Shown here one piece after another: positions 61,201-64,000 of a stretch of DNA of 64,000 nt. Both the position numbers and the translations under genes were made by a program. The notes beneath the pieces were generated by a model, which saw only the letters and a list, made by a program, of their open reading frames with translations, had not been told where the DNA came from and did not search any database. Location of the stretch: NCBI GenBank assembly GCA_002633005.1, contig NMRA01000128.1:731482-795481 (forward strand), given 5' to 3'. The DNA comes from Phoronis australis. Taxonomy: Eukaryota; Animalia; Phoronida. Numbering within the stretch: position 1 is the stretch's first letter; every line of letters begins with the position of its first letter.

Positions 61201-63979
61201 ATGTAAAACACTCAGGAAAATCTTTAGAAGATATGAAACTGACAAAATGTACGTTTTGGTGGTATTAAAAACATGACTAACAACAGAACAGCACTCAGCT
61301 CAGCTTAACAATAATATTGTACGAAGCGCAGTAATGTTTACCCGGGCCACATATTATGGGCAACTCTGTTTACTAAATAAATAAAATGTTCGTTACTTAA
61401 AAACAATGCTGACCTAAGCCAAATACAAAGGGCAATTCTTTTTAATTTCAAAGTGTTGTTTACAGAACAACAATGCTCACCTGGACCAAATACAAAGAGC
61501 GACTCTTTTTAATGACAAAGTGTTGTTTACAGAACAACAATGCTCACCTGGGCCAAATACAAATGGTGACTCTTTCTTATGGCAAAGTGTTGTTTACAGA
61601 ACAACAATGCTCACCTGGGCCAAATACCATGAGCAACTCTGTTTATTTTACCCAAGGAAAACTGTCTAATGGAGAGGGGGTCACCAATATGCATATGGAT
61701 GTTGCCAAAGTCTTCTTTTAGAATGCTGCTAGCCTTCAGTAAACCCTGCCAAATGACAATGAATGAGATAACATAATACCATTCAGATGCAAGCAGTGTT
61801 AAGAGTAAAAGTGAGTACTGCATTCTCAATAAATGTCATCATTTTCTATTGTCAGATTTAAAATTTGATAAATTGAAAGATGGACATTTAAATCTAAGTT
61901 AAAGAAAACATTCAGACTTCAACTTTATGAAGATTGGTATCTTGAAAATTATAAAACTTTTTATCAGAAATGCACAATGTAACTTGTGTTAATTTCACAA
62001 TCAAGTTATCAAAACATTACACAATATTAAAAGTTATATTGAAAACAATATTGACAGGTCAGAAATGGCCAACTTTTAAGTTATATAAAATAAGAATGAA
62101 GCAGTTTATTAAAGATCCATGCAATGCCATCTTTAAAAAATGTTGACTTGGTTCATATTTTGGGGTGGGGCCCTTTGTTTCATGTTTAATATGGAGAGTT
62201 ACCTCTCTTAACTACACATGATAAAAGACTGGTCAAATGGAGTTACTGATTTCCTCAACAGGAAGACAAGTGGCTGCCATCAGTAATCTCTATTTCTCTA
62301 ATGTAGTTTACCATTTGGCGTTGACCTAATTATGCTCCATTTCCACCATAACCACAGGAAACAACAAGTGTTTACTATGAGTTGTTTCACGACTCGATTT
62401 TCAGTGAGGATCAGAAAATTAAATCAAAATAATCGATACTCGCCATTGTGTGAAATGGGTATCCCAATGTAATAGTCCTATTACACAAACAGCCTTCGTT
62501 ATAACTGCATTACATTCGAGAGTCATCAATGCATTCTCAAGACAGCTGCATTATGAATTTCAATCACTAAATAACAAATGAAAACAAATTCATAAACCAT
62601 TTAACACACAACTGATCTAAAAATCAACACTCACTTATGTTTCAGAATGAAAAGTGCTACACTAATCATTTAGTGCTAAAAGCTCATATTAATGATAGAC
62701 ACTTACTGAAGTTGACTCTTTGGGTTTCGGTATTCCCAAGATTTCGTAGGCGTACAGACTCTCTTCCAGGGTTCTGTCATAACTGATGCTGATGGGTATC
62801 ACCATGATGTCTGGCACGTGGCCCTTAAAGTACGGCTCCAGTGCACAGCGCAACATGCCTACATAGGGAATTAATAATGACTTTACATTTCTGCAGAAAA
62901 GAAATTGTCAATAATTCTAAAGAATTTCTACTTGCCAATATATTTGGAGACATACAGTACATGGACACAGGCAAAAATTAAAACTTTTTCATTTTTAACT
63001 TGTTCTCATAGGGTATTGTTTAGAAAATATGCAGTAATTCTGTAATAAATTTGCACAAAAAAATAACTTTCAGCTTGATTTTTCGAATTCATCCTGACTT
63101 CATAATGAAAAATACCAAGTACTTTTAGTCCTGGTGACAATCAAGTTGATTTTTTTATGCTCACTTCTGTTGCGAAACTTAAAAGAAAATCAAAACTTGC
63201 ACTTTTCCGCCAATTTTTTAGCTAAATAGGCGAAGAATAAAAGAGCCAAGACAGTGTTCTCCACAACTTGTTTCAATGTATCGCTACGACCTGTTTGTCA
63301 CAACTTGAGTTATATTTGAATGACCCATGACCTGTTTGACAAAATAGTGACTAGTTTGGAAAAAGGCAACCCCATTGCTAACAATGTACCAACAATGGAC
63401 TACAGCCCATTGAAACTGAATAAAGGCAAATTAATGGGTAACAAGGCGAGTGAAGGCCAATTAATGGATAACAAGGCAGGTGAGTGGGGACCAATTAAAG
63501 GATCACAAGGCAGGTGAGTGGGGGCCAATTAAAGGGTGACAAGTCAGGTTAATGAAGGCCAATTAGTGGATGACAAGGGAAGTTAAAGTGCACTTAAGAT
63601 AGCGCAGCTGCAAGTACATCTGCACTAATAGAGTACGTCAGTCACCATGCATTTCCAGCACATTGGGGTTTTTTGTTGTGTGGAACACTGGAAGGGTAAT
63701 TTACATTTACTAATAAATGATCAATGGAAAGTGCAGTATTGGTAATCTAGAAAACCTGACATTAGCTGTCATTACCTATTTTTGGGTGGTATGTCTTGTT
63801 GGTTCTACTGCGTGTGCCCTCGATGTAGAACTCAACAGGGTAGTCTCCATTCACTATCTGTGTCTGTACGTACTCTGTGAACACTGCCCAATACAACTGG
63901 TCACTCCCAAAGGACCGACGAATGTAAAAAGCCCCGGAATGCCGTAGTAACCAACCCATGCCTTTCATTCCCATGAAAT
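55154..63979 (-). CDS. GNPAT: Dihydroxyacetone phosphate acyltransferase (GNPAT/DHAPAT), last 9 exons; 5' part lies beyond the window
   Basis: Exons 63979-63776, 62858-62707, 61745-61615, 60726-60506, 60224-59958, 58517-58438, 57380-57240, 56941-56730 and 55298-55154 have consistent phases. Acyltransferase motifs are [29 protein letters not shown] and [10 protein letters not shown]. The C-terminal peroxisomal PTS1 -AKL* favours GNPAT over mitochondrial GPAT. Confidence 0.95.
56152..56255 (-). mobile_element. tRNA-derived SINE 5' part
   Basis: Minus strand GGAGGCACTATGGCCTATTGTG (A-box-like) ... GGTTCGAGTCCC (B box), followed by CCCTTGAGTCAGG; no intact cloverleaf. Confidence 0.6.
56421..56492 (+). 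pseudogene. tRNA-like pseudogene or SINE head
   Basis: A box TGGCTCAGTGG with intact D-stem GCTC/GAGC and B box GGTTCGATTC; anticodon and T stems do not pair. Confidence 0.5.
56730..56941 (-). CDS. GNPAT: GNPAT exon (VFCQYLL...[13 protein letters not shown]...)
   Basis: TTTCAG / GTAAAT. Confidence 0.9.
57240..57380 (-). CDS. GNPAT: GNPAT exon (DFDSAIQHL...[14 protein letters not shown])
   Basis: TTATAG / GTAAGA; phase 0. Confidence 0.9.
58438..58517 (-). CDS. GNPAT: GNPAT exon ([27 protein letters not shown])
   Basis: TTTCAG / GTGAGT; EFIF motif. Confidence 0.9.
58757..59660 (-). mobile_element. Helentron/DINE-like element, diverged copy on the minus strand, in a GNPAT intron
   Basis: 5' hairpin (plus strand atgcatccgcatataaatatgtgggcgcataaaaa), GGAC microsatellite, core repeats, and 3' hairpin aagagcaacgcagagtgttg. 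Confidence 0.85.
59958..60224 (-). CDS. GNPAT: GNPAT exon (NVSAEEVI...[11 protein letters not shown]...)
   Basis: TTTCAG / GTGAGA; YRNQLLH motif. Confidence 0.92.
60506..60726 (-). CDS. GNPAT: GNPAT exon (YMVGNN...[11 protein letters not shown]...YVDWP)
   Basis: ATTCAG / GTAAGA. Confidence 0.92.
61331..61650 (-). repeat. 67-bp tandem array derived from a GNPAT exon/intron junction
   Basis: tcacctgg / tgacct units at 61611, 61544, 61477 and 61410, plus a diverged unit at 61338. Confidence 0.9.
61615..61745 (-). CDS. GNPAT: GNPAT exon ([14 protein letters not shown]...GIWPR)
   Basis: TGGCAG / GTGAGC. Confidence 0.92.
62707..62858 (-). CDS. GNPAT: GNPAT exon ([11 protein letters not shown]...PKPKESTS)
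   Basis: Motif [10 protein letters not shown]; ATGTAG / GTAAGT. Confidence 0.95.
63423..63580. repeat. Imperfect minisatellite, about 5 x 30-34 bp
   Basis: ggccaattaa...acaaggcaggtgagt units. Confidence 0.8.
63776..63979 (-). CDS. GNPAT: GNPAT exon (DFMGMK...GAFYIRRSF...EGTRSRTNK...PKI)
   Basis: Acyltransferase motifs II and III; TTGCAG / GTAATG. Confidence 0.95.
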
Positions 63980-64000
63980 CTGCAATAAACAATATTGTGT

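Overview
This is AT-rich, intron-containing animal genomic DNA, probably from a marine invertebrate; the taxon cannot be fixed from sequence alone. Four spliced genes were reconstructed exon by exon with consistent GT-AG sites and phases. They are the 3' end of a UBR1/UBR2 N-recognin E3 ligase (+, 882-7004), COMMD1 (-, 11007-13114), a PP2A B56 subunit of the alpha/beta/epsilon (widerborst) clade (+, 13685-51350, head-to-head with COMMD1), and the 3' part of GNPAT (-, 55154->63979, ending in the PTS1 tripeptide AKL). The introns are dense with DNA-transposon relics identifiable by TIR and TSD: hAT, Mutator-like foldback, pogo/Tc1-like, a THAP-bearing P-like element, Kolobok, Harbinger-like MITEs and Helentron/DINE-like elements. 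There are also tRNA-derived SINE heads, minisatellites, a 360-N gap and a 1.37-kb duplication that is probably an assembly artefact. The most notable observations are: (i) Helentron-like elements carrying co-oriented CTCF-like motifs spaced about 150 bp apart; (ii) a Kolobok element whose end encodes a THAP domain and a KolX-like N-terminus on opposite, overlapping strands; (iii) a 66-bp loopless palindrome in the presumed UBR 3' UTR; and (iv) tandem repeats that multiply splice sites in GNPAT and UBR. No prokaryotic-type systems such as CRISPR were found.
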